DNA of 52,275 nt, from NCBI GenBank assembly GCA_035549805.1, contig DASZQH010000245.1, forward strand, positions 1 through 52,275. The letters run 5' to 3'. A program made the position numbers and the translations under genes. Positions 7,635-19,858 of the stretch are shown in pieces; within the stretch, counting starts at the first letter, position 1, and every line of letters starts with the position of its first letter. The notes beneath the pieces are model-generated. The model was not told the DNA's origin. It saw only the letters and a program-made list of their open reading frames with translations, and ran no database searches. The stretch comes from Burkholderiales bacterium. Lineage in GTDB: Bacteria > Pseudomonadota > Gammaproteobacteria > Burkholderiales > SG8-39.

Positions 7635-8995
7635 TAGCGGCGCCGCCAGGTCGTGGTCCCGCCGCCGTCCTCCAGGACGATGCCCTTTTCGAGCAGGTCG
7701 GCCCGTATCCGGTCTGCCGCGGCGAAGTCCTTCCGGCCACGAGCGGCGTTGCGAGCGGCGATCCGGGCTTCGATCCAACCTTCGTCGACCCCCGCGCTTC
7801 CGCCGCGCAAGAACTCCATCGGATCGCGTTGGAGGATCCCCAGCACACCGCCCAAAGCCCTCAGCTGCGCGGATGCCTCGGCACGACCCTGAAATGCCTC
7901 GTTCGCGAGCTCATGCAGGACGGCGACGGCTTCCGGCGTCCCGAAGTCGTCATCCATGGCCTCCCGGAAGCGCTTGCCGGAGGGACTCTCCCAGTCCGGC
8001 GCCGCGGCCCCTCCGGTCACCTGCCTGAGGGCGGTGTAAAGCCGCGTCAGGCCTTGCCGGGCGTCCTCGAGGTGCGCGTCGGAATAGTTGAGCGGGCTCC
8101 GATAGTGCGCTCGCAGGATGAAGAAGCGCACGACTTCGGCATCGAACCGGACGAGGACGTCCCGGATCGTCGAGAAGTTGCCAAGAGACTTCGACATCTT
8201 CTCGTCGTCCTTGCGGACGAATCCGTTGTGGATCCAGTAGCGCGCGAACCGGGCACCCGTCGCGCCTTCCGACTGCGCGATCTCGTTCTCGTGATGCGGG
8301 AACTGCAGATCCTGGCCGCCGCCATGGATGTCGAACTCGTCGCCGAGCAGGGAGCTCGACATCGCGGAGCACTCGATGTGCCAGCCCGGCCGCCCGCCGC
8401 CCCACCGGGAAGGCCAGCTCGGCTCTTCGGGCTTGGAATGCTTCCAGAGGACGAAATCGAGCGGATCCTCTTTCGTCGCGTCCACTTCGACTCGCTCTCC
8501 GGCGCGCAACTCGTCGAGCGACTTCCCGGAAAGCTTGCCGTAGCCGGGAAAGCGCCGCACCGCGTAGTTCACGTCGCCGGAAGCCGCGGGATAGGCCAGA
8601 CCGCGCTCCTCGAGCCGGCCGATGAGCTCCAGCATCTGCGGAACATACTGCGTCGCTCGCGGCTCGTGGTCGGGCTTCTGCACGCCCAGGGCAGCGGCAT
8701 CTTCATCCATGAAGCGGATGAAGCGATCGGTGAGCGCCTGGACCGGCTCGCCGTTCTCGCGCGCGCGCCGGATGATCTTGTCGTCGATATCGGTGATGTT
8801 GCGGACGTAGGTGACCCGATAGCCGCTGGCGCGCAGCCAGCGCTGCACCACGTCGAAGACGACGAACATCCGCGCATGACCGATGTGGCAGTAGTCGTAG
8901 ACGGTGATACCGCACACGTACATGCGCACCTCGCCGGCGCGCAGCGGCACGAATTCCTGCTTGCTGCGGCCGAGCGAGTTGTAGATCTTCAGCAT
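7634..8995 (-). CDS. cysS: Cysteine--tRNA ligase
   Basis: 453 aa; [17 protein letters not shown]..., HIGH-type CHIGHARM and KMSKS motifs. Confidence 0.96.
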   Translation of the reverse strand: MLKIYNSLGRSKQEFVPLRAGEVRMYVCGITVYDYCHIGHARMFVVFDVVQRWLRASGYRVTYVRNITDIDDKIIRRARENGEPVQALTDRFIRFMDEDAAALGVQKPDHEPRATQYVPQMLELIGRLEERGLAYPAASGDVNYAVRRFPGYGKLSGKSLDELRAGERVEVDATKEDPLDFVLWKHSKPEEPSWPSRWGGGRPGWHIECSAMSSSLLGDEFDIHGGGQDLQFPHHENEIAQSEGATGARFARYWIHNGFVRKDDEKMSKSLGNFSTIRDVLVRFDAEVVRFFILRAHYRSPLNYSDAHLEDARQGLTRLYTALRQVTGGAAAPDWESPSGKRFREAMDDDFGTPEAVAVLHELANEAFQGRAEASAQLRALGGVLGILQRDPMEFLRGGSAGVDEGWIEARIAARNAARGRKDFAAADRIRADLLEKGIVLEDGGGTTTWRRR

Positions 8996-9041
8996 GGGAC
9001 GAAAACTATGACGCGAAGCGGTTGACGCGCGTCACCGCGGG

Positions 9042-9070
9042 TTGTGGACCCGCGGGGGTTGGTCTAGAAT
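9042..9070 (+). promoter_or_regulatory. Candidate sigma70 promoter for the TPR/LDT/ppiA/lpxH operon (TTGTGG-N17-TAGAAT), overlapping inverted repeat CCGCGGG-N7-CCCGCGG (9035-9055)
   Basis: Read from the sequence; 36 nt upstream of ATG 9106, in the 110-bp divergent gap with cysS. Confidence 0.35.
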
Positions 9071-9105
9071 GCGACGCTTACGTAGGGCCTTGAAAATATA
9101 ACACA

Positions 9106-10179
9106 ATGCTGAAATTCCACGCGCCGTGGACCGTGGTACGAACGGCCGCCGGAGCGCTGATTTTCGCCCTGGCGCTGGCGGTCCATGCGCCCGCGCGCGC
9201 CGACGAGGTCCAAGACGCCGCCAAGCTCCTCAAGGCGGGTCAGCATGCGCAGGCGCTCGAGCGGGTCAATCGGGTCCTGGCGCAGAAACCTCGCGATCCC
9301 CAGGCGCGCTTCCTCCGCGGGCTCATCCTGACCGAGCAAGGCAATACGCGCGAGGCCATCGACGTCTTCACCAAGCTCACCCAGGACTACCCGGAGCTTC
9401 CGGAGCCGTATAACAACCTCGCCGTCATCTACGCGGCGCAGGGTCAATACGAGAAGGCGCGCATGTCGCTGGAGCAGTCCATTCGTACCCACCCGAGCTA
9501 TGCGACCGCCTACGAGAATCTGGGCGACGTCTACGCGAAGCTCGCGAGCCAGGCCTACGACAAGGCGCTGCAGCTCGACTCCTCGAACGCAGGCGCGCAG
9601 AACAAGCTCTCGCTGGTGCGCGAGCTTGTGGGTGGCCCGGTCACCGTCGCCAAAGCCCCGGCTCCCGTCGCCCAGAAACCGGCGCCAGAGAAGCCGGCCG
9701 CGGAAAAGACGCCGCCGATCGTGCTCGCCCAGAAGGCCAGCCCACCCGCCGAGAAACCCGCCGCTGAAAAGCCCGTCGCAGAGAAGCCCGTCGCAGAGAA
9801 GCCGGCGCCGAAGGCGGCCCAGACGCCCGCCGCATCCGAGCCGGCGGAGATCACGAAGACCCTAAACGCCTGGGCGCAGGCGTGGTCCAACAAGAATGCC
9901 GACGCCTACCTCGCCTTCTATTCCCGCGACTTCAAGACGCCCGGCGGCGAAGCCCGCGCGGCCTGGGAGAAAAGCCGGCGCGAGCGTATCGCGGCGCCCA
10001 AGAGCATTGCCGTCGCCATCGCTTCCCCCAAGGTGACCATGTCGGGAAGCAACCAGGCGAAGGTGACGTTCCGGCAGAGTTACCGCTCGGACAAGCTGAA
10101 GACGAACAGCACGAAAACTCTGGTCATGGTGAAGAGCGACGGCCGCTGGCTCATCCAGCAGGAGAGATCGGGAAGCTGA
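9106..10179 (+). CDS. Secreted TPR-repeat protein with Pro/Ala/Lys-rich linker and C-terminal NTF2-like (SnoaL/Cds6-type) domain
   Basis: Signal-like N-terminus (ALIFALALAVHAPARA), TPR-like helices, an (E/Q)KPxA pentapeptide run, and a C-terminus AWAQAWSNKNADAYLAFYSRDF...DGRWLIQQE. Confidence 0.8.
   Translation: MLKFHAPWTVVRTAAGALIFALALAVHAPARADEVQDAAKLLKAGQHAQALERVNRVLAQKPRDPQARFLRGLILTEQGNTREAIDVFTKLTQDYPELPEPYNNLAVIYAAQGQYEKARMSLEQSIRTHPSYATAYENLGDVYAKLASQAYDKALQLDSSNAGAQNKLSLVRELVGGPVTVAKAPAPVAQKPAPEKPAAEKTPPIVLAQKASPPAEKPAAEKPVAEKPVAEKPAPKAAQTPAASEPAEITKTLNAWAQAWSNKNADAYLAFYSRDFKTPGGEARAAWEKSRRERIAAPKSIAVAIASPKVTMSGSNQAKVTFRQSYRSDKLKTNSTKTLVMVKSDGRWLIQQERSGS
9751..9810 (+). repeat. Four imperfect 15-bp tandem copies (GAGAAGCCCGTCGCA-like) encoding EKPxA pentapeptides; looser copies at 9673-9717
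   Basis: Read directly: gagaaacccgccgct / gaaaagcccgtcgca / gagaagcccgtcgca / gagaagccggcgccg. Confidence 0.8.
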
Positions 10180-11332
10180 TGCGGCCCGTGATCGCCCTCG
10201 CCGCGGCGTTCCTGCTCGCCCTGCCGGCGGCCGCGTCGACGCCCGAGAATCGGCTGTCCGCCGTCTTCGAATCGATCGAAGCCAACCGGCTCGACGAGGC
10301 CCTCAAGCGCGTCGAAGCGCTGATCCGCGACCATCCGAACTTCCGCCTGGCGCACCTCGTGCGCGGCGACCTGCTCCTCGCCCGCTCGCGCCCGCTGCAA
10401 ACTTTCGGCGACGTCGCCAAGACGGTCCCCGAGGAGAAGATCGCGGGCCTGCGCGAGGAAGCCCTTGCCCGCCTGCGCGCCCAGCGCCAGCGCCCGACGG
10501 ACGATCGCCTGCCGCGACAGATCCTGCAGCTGCACTCGAACCAGAAGCATGCGTTGCTCATCGATTCGCGCCGCTCCCGCCTGTACGTCTTCTCGAACGC
10601 GGATGGGCAGCCCCGCCTCGTGGCCGACTACTACGTGACCCTGGGCAAGAACGGCGTCGAGAAGACGCGCCAGGGCGACCAGAAGACGCCGATCGGCGTC
10701 TACCATGTCACCGCGGACCTGCCGCGCAAGAAGCTCACCGATTTCTACGGCAGCGGCGCGTTCCCGATCAACTATCCGAACGAGTGGGACAAGCGCCTGG
10801 GCCGCAACGGATACGGAATCTGGGTGCACGGCACTCCGTCGGCCGTGTACAGCCGGCCGCCGCGGGCGAGCGACGGCTGCATCGTCCTCGCCAATCCGGA
10901 CCTCGATCGCGTTCGCGACTTCATGCAGGTCGGCCTCACGCCGGTGATCATCGCCGACGAGGTCGAGTGGAGCGATGCGTCGGCCCTGGAGGCCGAGCGC
11001 CGCTCGCTGAACGCCGCATTCGACCAGTGGCGCCAGGATTGGGCCAGCCGCGATACCGCCCGTTATCTCGATCACTACTCGCCGCGCTTTCGCTCTGGCC
11101 GGATGGACCTCGCGGCCTGGAGCCGGCACAAGAAGGCCGTGAATGCCGGCAAGCAGTGGGTCAAGGTCGCCGCGACCGAGGTCTCGATGTTCCGCTACCC
11201 GCGCGAAGGTGACTTCGTCGTCGTTACCTTCGCGCAGGACTACCGCTCCAACAACCTCTCCAACGTTTCCCGCAAGCGCCAGTACTGGGTGAAGGAAGCG
11301 GGACGGTGGAAGATTCTCTACGAAGGATCCGC

Positions 11333-11336
<4 letters not shown>
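10179..11336 (+). CDS. L,D-transpeptidase (YkuD) family protein with C-terminal NTF2-like domain
   Basis: The internal ATG at 10179 overlaps the upstream TGA (TGATG) and gives the signal peptide [19 protein letters not shown]. The YkuD core reads GIWVHGTP...ASDGCIVL. The listed ORF start at 9882 is an out-of-context extension. Confidence 0.85.
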
Positions 11337-11897
<561 letters not shown>

Positions 11898-11908
<11 letters not shown>

Positions 11909-12620
11909 CCTCTTCATCTCCGACCTGCACCTGAGCGAGGAGCGGTCGGAGGCGAACGAGCGCTTCTTCTCGTTCATGGAGGACACTGCGGCCGAGGCCG
12001 CGGCGCTGTACATCCTGGGCGACCTGTTCGAGTACTGGATCGGCGATGACGATCTCGGCCAGCCGTTCCACGCCCTCGTCGCCGGCTTCCTGAAGCGCCT
12101 GGCCGCCTCCGGCGTGGCCGTGCATGTGATGCACGGCAACCGGGATTTCCTCATTGCGTCGGCGTTCGCGCGGGCGGCGGGAGCAAGCCTGATGCCGGAT
12201 CCGACCGTAGCGGACATCGGCGGGACCCCTACCCTCCTCATGCACGGGGACACGTTGTGCCAGGACGACGCCGATTACCAGGCGTGGCGCTCGACCGCCC
12301 GGTCGGAGAAATGGCAGGCGGAGTTCCTCGAGCGACCGCTCGAGGAACGCCGCGCCATCATCCTCGGCCTGCGCCGGAAGAGCCGCGACGCGATCCGCAC
12401 GAAACCGGCGGAGGTGATGGACGTCAGCGCCCCCGCGGTACGCGCAGCCTTTGCGGCGCACGGCGTATCGCGCCTGGTGCATGGCCATACCCACCGGCCC
12501 GGCCACCATCGCCTGGAAGTGGACGGCCGGCTCTGCGAGCGCTGGGTCCTGCCCGACTGGTACGGACGCGGCGGCTACCTCGAAATCGGGCGGGGCGCGC
12601 CGAAGCTCGTCCGCTTCTAG
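11898..12620 (+). CDS. lpxH: UDP-2,3-diacylglucosamine diphosphatase
   Basis: 240 aa, GTG start; LFISDLHL...[13 protein letters not shown]...HGNRDFL...HGHTHRP metallophosphoesterase motifs. Confidence 0.93.
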
Positions 12621-12679
12621 CAATTCGCACGCGGCACGGCGGTTGCTGCGCCCCTTCCGCAAGGAAAGGAACCGCTCCC

Positions 12680-13159
12680 ATGACCCGCACCCGCAGCAAG
12701 ACCAACGAAGCGCTGAGCATGCTGAAGGACGACCACGACCGCGTGGAGAAGTCGTTCAAGGAATTCGAGAAGCTCGACCGCGAGGACGCCGAAACGGCGT
12801 ACCACCTCGCCATGACCGTGTGCGCGGACCTCAAGGTCCACACGACGCTGGAAGAGGAGATCTTCTACCCCGCGGTGCGGGAGGCGATCGACGACGAGGA
12901 CGTGATGAACGAGGCCGGCGTCGAGCACGAGACCGCCAAGATGCTCATCGAGCAGCTGGAAAACATGCAGCCCGACGACCCGAACTTCCACGCCACGTTC
13001 ATCGTCCTCGGCGAGTACGTCATGCATCACGTGAAGGAAGAGGAAGGCGAGATGTTCCCGGCGGCGAAGAAGAGCGATCTGGACTTCGACGATCTCGCCC
13101 AGCGCATGAAGGAGCGTCGCGAGGAGCTCGCCGGCGAAACGGAGAGAGCCCAGGCCTGA
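12680..13159 (+). CDS. Hemerythrin-domain protein
   Basis: ATG 12680 preceded by AAGGAAAGGAA. The sequence MTRTRSKTNEALSMLKDDHDRVEKSFKEFEKL...HTTLEEEIFYPAV...HHVKEEEGEMFP shows the H/E metal-ligand pattern of hemerythrin-like proteins. The upstream part of listed ORF 12257 is Arg-rich junk. Confidence 0.8.
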   Translation: MTRTRSKTNEALSMLKDDHDRVEKSFKEFEKLDREDAETAYHLAMTVCADLKVHTTLEEEIFYPAVREAIDDEDVMNEAGVEHETAKMLIEQLENMQPDDPNFHATFIVLGEYVMHHVKEEEGEMFPAAKKSDLDFDDLAQRMKERREELAGETERAQA

Positions 13160-13175
13160 GGGCCGGCGCGGCGCG

Positions 13176-14348
13176 CTACCCCAAACCGGCGGACAGGTCG
13201 TCCTGCAGGTCCGCAACCGCCTCCAGGCCGACGGAAAGGCGGACCAGCCCGTCGCTGATCCCGGCGGCGGCGCGCGCCTCGGGCGAGATGCGGCCGTGGG
13301 TCGTCGTGGCGGGGTGGGTAATCGTCGACTTGACGTCGCCGAGGTTGCCGGTAATGGAGATGAGACGCGTGGAATCGATCACCCGCCACGCCGCCGCCTT
13401 CCCCCCCTTCACCTCGAACGAGAGCACGGCTCCGCCGGCGCTCTGCTGCCGTCGTGCAAGGGCGAACTGCGGATGGGACTCGAGCCCAGGGTAGTGCACG
13501 CGCGCGACCGCAGGGTGGCCCTCCAGCCATCTGGCCAGCTCGAGCGCGGCGGCCGACTGGGCGCGCATGCGCAACTGGAGGGTCTCCAGCCCTTTGAGGA
13601 TTACCCAGGCGTTGAACGGCGAGAGCGACGGGCCTGCGGTGCGCAGGAACGGGAACACCTGCTCGGTGACGAGCTTTGCCGATCCGAGCACGGCGCCGCC
13701 GAGCACCCTGCCCTGGCCATCCAGGTGCTTGGTCGCCGAATGGATCACGAGATCGGCCCCCAGATCGAGGGGCCGCTGCAGGGCAGGCGTGCAGAAAGCG
13801 TTGTCGACCGCCAGAAGGGCGCCGGCACGCTTCGCGACGCCCGCCAGCGTGGCGATGTCGGAGATCTCGGTCAGCGGGTTCGAAGGCGTCTCCAGGAAAA
13901 GCAGCCGGGTGCCCGGACGCACCGCGCGCTCCCACTCCGCGGGATCGGACGGCGAGACGAACGTCGTTTGCACCCCGAAGCGGGACAGGACGGTCCCGAA
14001 GAGCTGGACCGTGGCGCCGAAGACCGCGTTCGAGCAGACGATGTGGTCTCCGGACTTGAGGAGCGCCATCGCAGTAGAAAGGATCGCGGACATCCCCGAC
14101 GCGGTCGCAACGCAGGCTTCCGCCCCCTCCAGCGCCGCAAGGCGGTCCTGGAACATCGATACCGTGGGGTTGGTGAAGCGCGAATAGACGAAATCGCCGC
14201 TCGTGCCGCTGAATCCCTCGGCCGCCTGGGCGGCGTTCTCGAACACGAAGCTCGAGGTGAGGAACAACGCCTCAGAGTGCTCGCGGAAATCCGTGCGCGC
14301 CTGCCCGGCGCGTACGCCCTGCGTCGCAATGTCCAGCTTCTTGACCAT
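13176..14348 (-). CDS. metZ: O-succinylhomoserine sulfhydrylase (Cys/Met-metabolism PLP enzyme)
   Basis: 390 aa; TQGVRAGQ...FVYSRFTNPT...HSATKHLDGQGR (PLP lysine); sits in the usual metZ-purF neighbourhood. Confidence 0.9.
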   Translation of the reverse strand: MVKKLDIATQGVRAGQARTDFREHSEALFLTSSFVFENAAQAAEGFSGTSGDFVYSRFTNPTVSMFQDRLAALEGAEACVATASGMSAILSTAMALLKSGDHIVCSNAVFGATVQLFGTVLSRFGVQTTFVSPSDPAEWERAVRPGTRLLFLETPSNPLTEISDIATLAGVAKRAGALLAVDNAFCTPALQRPLDLGADLVIHSATKHLDGQGRVLGGAVLGSAKLVTEQVFPFLRTAGPSLSPFNAWVILKGLETLQLRMRAQSAAALELARWLEGHPAVARVHYPGLESHPQFALARRQQSAGGAVLSFEVKGGKAAAWRVIDSTRLISITGNLGDVKSTITHPATTTHGRISPEARAAAGISDGLVRLSVGLEAVADLQDDLSAGLG

Positions 14349-14466
14349 AAAAAACCCGGCTCCTGAAAGTTAAGCGGACCGGGTCGTCTCGGCACGCTTT
14401 AGCGGCATTTATTACGCGCCCGCAAGCTGTGGGCTCAAATCGGCGCGAGGCAAAACTATAGCAGAG
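14349..14466 (-). promoter_or_regulatory. metZ leader: possible SAM-II-like aptamer (about 14392-14448) plus hairpin ACCCGG...CCGGGU (14354-14384) followed by U5 and then AUG
   Basis: Minus-strand RNA: CGAUUUGAGCCCACAGCUUGCGGGCGCGUAAUAAAUGCCGCUAAAGCG...GACGACCCGGUCCGCUUAACUUUCAGGAGCCGGGUUUUUUAUG. The GAUUU / GCUUGC-in-loop / GCUAAAGC elements resemble my memory of the SAM-II consensus. The hairpin 3' arm adjoins the AGGAG SD. Confidence 0.35.
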
Positions 14467-15984
<1,518 letters not shown>

Positions 15985-16015
15985 GGCGAGCGCAGCGTCC
16001 AGAAGTCGTTAAGGG

Positions 16016-16507
16016 TCAATCATAGCGCAAGCGATCCGCCAGCGCGGGCGGCAACCAGGGCTTGAGCGCGAGCGACGCGCGGGCAAGATGCGCGCCGGTG
16101 AACGACTCTTTCCACTGCGAGTCGCGCGGCAGGCCCGTCAGCCCCGCGACGAGGCCCAACGCGAGGACCACCACGCCTGCACGTGCCACGCCGAACAGCC
16201 CGCCGAGCGTGCGGTCCACGCCGCCGAGCCCGGCGGCCTTCATGATGCGCGACAGGATCAGCCCGCCGAGCGACGCCAGGATCAGCACCACGATGAAGAT
16301 CCCCACGAACGCCAGCAGCACGCGAAACTCCTCCCGCACCACCGAGGCGGGGATGAACTCGCCCATCGGCCCGGCGAACAGGTTCGCCGCCAGGAATGCA
16401 ATGACGTACGCGCCGAGCGAGACCACCTCGCGTACGAGGCCTCGCCAGATTCCCCACGCAACCGATAGAACCAGGATGCCGAGGACGACGTAATCCAGCC
16501 AGGTCAT
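16016..16507 (-). CDS. cvpA: Colicin V production membrane protein CvpA
   Basis: 163 aa, four hydrophobic segments; conserved position between purF and the SPOR/folC genes. Confidence 0.88.
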   Translation of the reverse strand: MTWLDYVVLGILVLSVAWGIWRGLVREVVSLGAYVIAFLAANLFAGPMGEFIPASVVREEFRVLLAFVGIFIVVLILASLGGLILSRIMKAAGLGGVDRTLGGLFGVARAGVVVLALGLVAGLTGLPRDSQWKESFTGAHLARASLALKPWLPPALADRLRYD

Positions 16508-17094
16508 CCCGCGCGGCTGGCGACCGGGCCTGGCTGCAGGCCGAGACCTTTCAACCGCGCCGCCGCCTTGTCCGCGGCTTCGCGGCTGGCGAACGGGCCC
16601 GCGCGCACGCGCGTAAGGTTTCCTGGCGCGGCCTCGGTGTAATAGGGGACCTTCGCCGCGGACAGCTTCGCAATGACGCTATCGGGGTTCGCGAAGGCCC
16701 CCACGGGAACGACGAACTGTGCGTTGGCAAGGGCCGCTTCCGCACGCGCACGTTCCTTAATTGCTTCCTTGGCCGCCCCCTTGGGCGCTTCTGCCTTTAC
16801 CGCCTCGATCGCATTCTTTTCGTCGGGCGCCTTCGCGTCGGCCTCGGGGGCCGGCGTTGCCTCCCCCTTGGTCTCCGACGGACGCGGCGGCGGCTTGGGT
16901 CCCTTCGGCGTGAACCCCGCGTCGTCGCGCCCGGGCACCGTGACGGTGACGGGCGGGAGCGTGCCGCGAGGCTCCGGGTCGAACACCATGGGAAGGACGA
17001 TCACCGCCAGTAGAACGAGCGCCACCGCGCCGACGAGGCGCCTGCGCCCGCGCCGCTTCAGCGCGTCGACGTCTTGTTGTTCTTGTTCAGCCAT
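16504..17094 (-). CDS. SPOR-domain cell-division protein (DedD-like)
   Basis: 196 aa; single N-terminal TM, Pro/Lys/Ala-rich linker, C-terminal SPOR-like FVVPVGAFANPDSV...RVRAGPFASREAADKAAARLKGLG. Confidence 0.85.
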   Translation of the reverse strand: MAEQEQQDVDALKRRGRRRLVGAVALVLLAVIVLPMVFDPEPRGTLPPVTVTVPGRDDAGFTPKGPKPPPRPSETKGEATPAPEADAKAPDEKNAIEAVKAEAPKGAAKEAIKERARAEAALANAQFVVPVGAFANPDSVIAKLSAAKVPYYTEAAPGNLTRVRAGPFASREAADKAAARLKGLGLQPGPVASRAG

Positions 17095-18323
17095 TGCATC
17101 GCTTCGCCGACGGTGAGGAAGGAACCGAACACGACGATCTTATCATTCTCGCCTGCCGCGCCGAGCGCGGCCTCGAGCGCGAGCACGGCAGATTCGAACG
17201 TCGCCACCGGCGCGCGGATCCCCGCCGCTTCGCTTGCCGCGCGCAGCGCGTCGGCGCGCGCCGCGCGCGGCCCCTGCAGCGAGCAGAAGTGCCAGCGCGA
17301 AACCTGGCCGGCCAGCGCGCGCAGGACACCCGGGATGTCCTTGTCGCGGAGCATGCCGCACACGCCGAACGTCTCGGGCGCGAATCCCGACGCAGAAAGG
17401 TTCGTGGCGAGCGCCTGCGCCGCCTCGACGTTGTGCGCGACGTCGAGGATCACCTGCGGACGTCCCGGGAGGACCTGGAAACGTCCGGGCAGGGTCACTT
17501 CGGCGAGCCCGCGACGCACGTCCTGCATGGCGATCGGGAGCCGCTCGCGCAACGAATCGAGCGCGCAGAGCGCGGCGGAGGCGTTGCGCAGCTGGATCGC
17601 ACCGCGCAGCGCAGGATGCGCGAGCCCCGACCGTCGGCCCGCGGGGCCCCAGTAGGACCACTGCGAGCCCTGGTCGGTGAACCCGAAGTCACGGCCCAGG
17701 AGCAGGTGCCGTCCCGGTGCGGTCATCACCGCCTCCGGCGGATGCGGCTCGGCGATCACCGCGGGACGGCCGGCTCGGAAGATGCCCGCCTTCTCCCGCC
17801 CGATGTCCTCGCGGCTCGAACCGAGGAAATCCACGTGGTCGATGCCGACGCTCGTGAGCACGGCGCAGTCCGGGTCCACCACGTTCACCGCGTCGAGCCG
17901 CCCGCCCAGGCCGACCTCGAGGACCGCGACGTCGACTCGTTCGCGGGCGAAATGCCAGAACGCGGCGAGCGTCCCGTACTCGAAGTACGTCAGGGGGACG
18001 TCCCCGCGCGCGCTCTCCACCGCCTCGAAGGCGGCGATCAGTGCCGCATCGGAGGCCTCCTCGCCGCAGACGCGGACGCGCTCGTTGTAGCGAAGCAGGT
18101 GCGGCGAGCTGTAAAGCGCCGCTCGATGGCCAGCCGCGCCGAGGATCGCGGCGAGCATGGCGGTCGTCGATCCCTTGCCGTTCGTTCCCGTCACGGTGAT
18201 GACCGGCCCCGTCGGACGCGCGTCCATCCGGCCGAACACCTCGCGCACGCGGTCCAGCCCGAGCGCAATGGCCTGCGGGTGCTGGCCCTCGATGTAGGCG
18301 AGCCATTCCGCGAGCGTCTTCAT
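17058..18323 (-). CDS. folC: Bifunctional folylpolyglutamate synthase / dihydrofolate synthase
   Basis: Internal ATG 18323 gives [16 protein letters not shown]...VTGTNGKGST (P-loop). This ATG overlaps the ligase TGA (ATGA). The listed ORF start at 18512 lies inside the ligase gene in another frame. Confidence 0.93.
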   Translation of the reverse strand: MKTLAEWLAYIEGQHPQAIALGLDRVREVFGRMDARPTGPVITVTGTNGKGSTTAMLAAILGAAGHRAALYSSPHLLRYNERVRVCGEEASDAALIAAFEAVESARGDVPLTYFEYGTLAAFWHFARERVDVAVLEVGLGGRLDAVNVVDPDCAVLTSVGIDHVDFLGSSREDIGREKAGIFRAGRPAVIAEPHPPEAVMTAPGRHLLLGRDFGFTDQGSQWSYWGPAGRRSGLAHPALRGAIQLRNASAALCALDSLRERLPIAMQDVRRGLAEVTLPGRFQVLPGRPQVILDVAHNVEAAQALATNLSASGFAPETFGVCGMLRDKDIPGVLRALAGQVSRWHFCSLQGPRAARADALRAASEAAGIRAPVATFESAVLALEAALGAAGENDKIVVFGSFLTVGEAMQWLNKNNKTSTR

Positions 18324-19858
18324 CGTCCCGCCTGGCTCTCGAAGAGACGCCGCACCGTGTCGATCGTATCGGCTTGCGTAGCCGCCTTGTCCGGGCGATA
18401 CCGCTTCACGCGGGCGAAGCGCAGGGCCATGCCGCAGGGATAGTGCGGGCTCTTCTGGATGTCGTTGAAGGCGATCTCCACGACGAGCTCCGGGCGCACG
18501 CGCACTATCCACTCGTCCCGTGCGGTCTCACGCGCGAGGAACTCACGCGTCTGCCATTCCAGCATGGCGTCCGTGAGCCCCTTGAAAGTCTTCCCCAGCA
18601 TGACGAATCCGCCGCCGGCCGGATCGCGAGCGCCCAAGTGGAGGTTGGACAGCCATCCCTTGCGGCGGCCGCTGCCCCACTCCACCGCAAGAACCACCAG
18701 GTCGAGGGTGTGTGCGCGCTTGACCTTCAGCCAGGTTCCGCCGCGGCGGCCCGCCTCGTAGGGCGACCCGAGCGACTTCACCATCACGCCTTCATGTCCT
18801 CGCCGGAGCGCGTCCTCATAGAAGGCAGCGGCCTGCTCGCCGGTGGCCGCGCGCACGGCGGGGGTGACGTTCTCCGGGAGAACCGCACGCTCGAGGGCTG
18901 CGCGGCGGGCTTCGAGGGGCGCGTCGACCAATGGATGCCCGTCCGCCAGCAGGCAATCGAAGAAAAATGCAGAGAGCGGCAGTCCGTCGCGCGTGTCGGC
19001 GTCATCCTTCTTGCGGCCGAAGCGGCGCATGGTGTCTTGAAACGGATGCGGCGAGCCGTCCGGGCGAAGCGCGATCGCCTCTCCGTCCAGGATGAGCGAC
19101 TGCGCGGGCGCCGCGAGAGCTGCGGCAACGACCTCGGGCAAGGCCGCGGTCACTTCATTCAGGCTGCGCGTAAATACTTTGACCTGCGCCCCCTCTTTGT
19201 GGACCTGAACCCGCGCGCCGTCGAGCTTCCACTCGACCAGAGCCGTGCCGCAGGCGGCCATCGCGGCCTGCGCATCGGCGGCAGGCTGCGCGAGCATCGG
19301 CATCACGGGGCGCATCACCTGAACTGAAAAATGTCGCAGCCCCGCGGTGCCTGCCTCCAGCGCTGCGCGCGCGACCGGCGCAAGCGCTCCGGCGAACGTT
19401 GCCGCCCGGCGGACGTCTGCCGCAGGCACGTCCGCGGCGGCGGCGACGGCATCCAGCATGACCCCTTCAAGTGCTCCCTGGCGCAGCTCGCCAATGATCA
19501 ACCGCGCCAGGAAATCCTGCTCCGAGGGCGTCGCCCGGACGAAGAGCTCGCGGAGCGCGGTTGCGCGCCTTTGCGCGACGCCCTTGCCCCGCATCCCCTT
19601 GAGCGACTCGAAGGCGCGATCGACGTCCTGAACGGTGAGGCGTGACTCGCCCCCAGGCGCCTGCGCGCTCCTGAGCGCCGCGAATGGCACGGAGAGCCGG
19701 CCCTGGCGAGGCTCGCCGCTGAGAAAAGGGATGACGATCTCGAGCTCCCCGGGTTCCAGGCGCCGCAGGAGCGCGGCGAACGCTTCGATCTTTTCGCGCC
19801 GGCTGGCGGTCGCCGCCACGCGCCCGGACGTCTCGACCACGTCTGCGAAGCGGGTCAC
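18320..19858 (-). CDS. ATP-dependent DNA ligase (three-domain Lig1/LigB-like: DNA-binding, adenylation, OB)
   Basis: 512 aa from GTG 19858, which overlaps the accD TGA (GTGA). N-terminus [33 protein letters not shown]. Motif I reads [11 protein letters not shown], with the lysine codon at 19226-19228. Also [18 protein letters not shown]...WLKVK and C-terminal [12 protein letters not shown]. The upstream 260 aa of listed ORF 18320..20638 are an out-of-frame read through accD. Confidence 0.88.
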   Translation of the reverse strand: MTRFADVVETSGRVAATASRREKIEAFAALLRRLEPGELEIVIPFLSGEPRQGRLSVPFAALRSAQAPGGESRLTVQDVDRAFESLKGMRGKGVAQRRATALRELFVRATPSEQDFLARLIIGELRQGALEGVMLDAVAAAADVPAADVRRAATFAGALAPVARAALEAGTAGLRHFSVQVMRPVMPMLAQPAADAQAAMAACGTALVEWKLDGARVQVHKEGAQVKVFTRSLNEVTAALPEVVAAALAAPAQSLILDGEAIALRPDGSPHPFQDTMRRFGRKKDDADTRDGLPLSAFFFDCLLADGHPLVDAPLEARRAALERAVLPENVTPAVRAATGEQAAAFYEDALRRGHEGVMVKSLGSPYEAGRRGGTWLKVKRAHTLDLVVLAVEWGSGRRKGWLSNLHLGARDPAGGGFVMLGKTFKGLTDAMLEWQTREFLARETARDEWIVRVRPELVVEIAFNDIQKSPHYPCGMALRFARVKRYRPDKAATQADTIDTVRRLFESQAGR

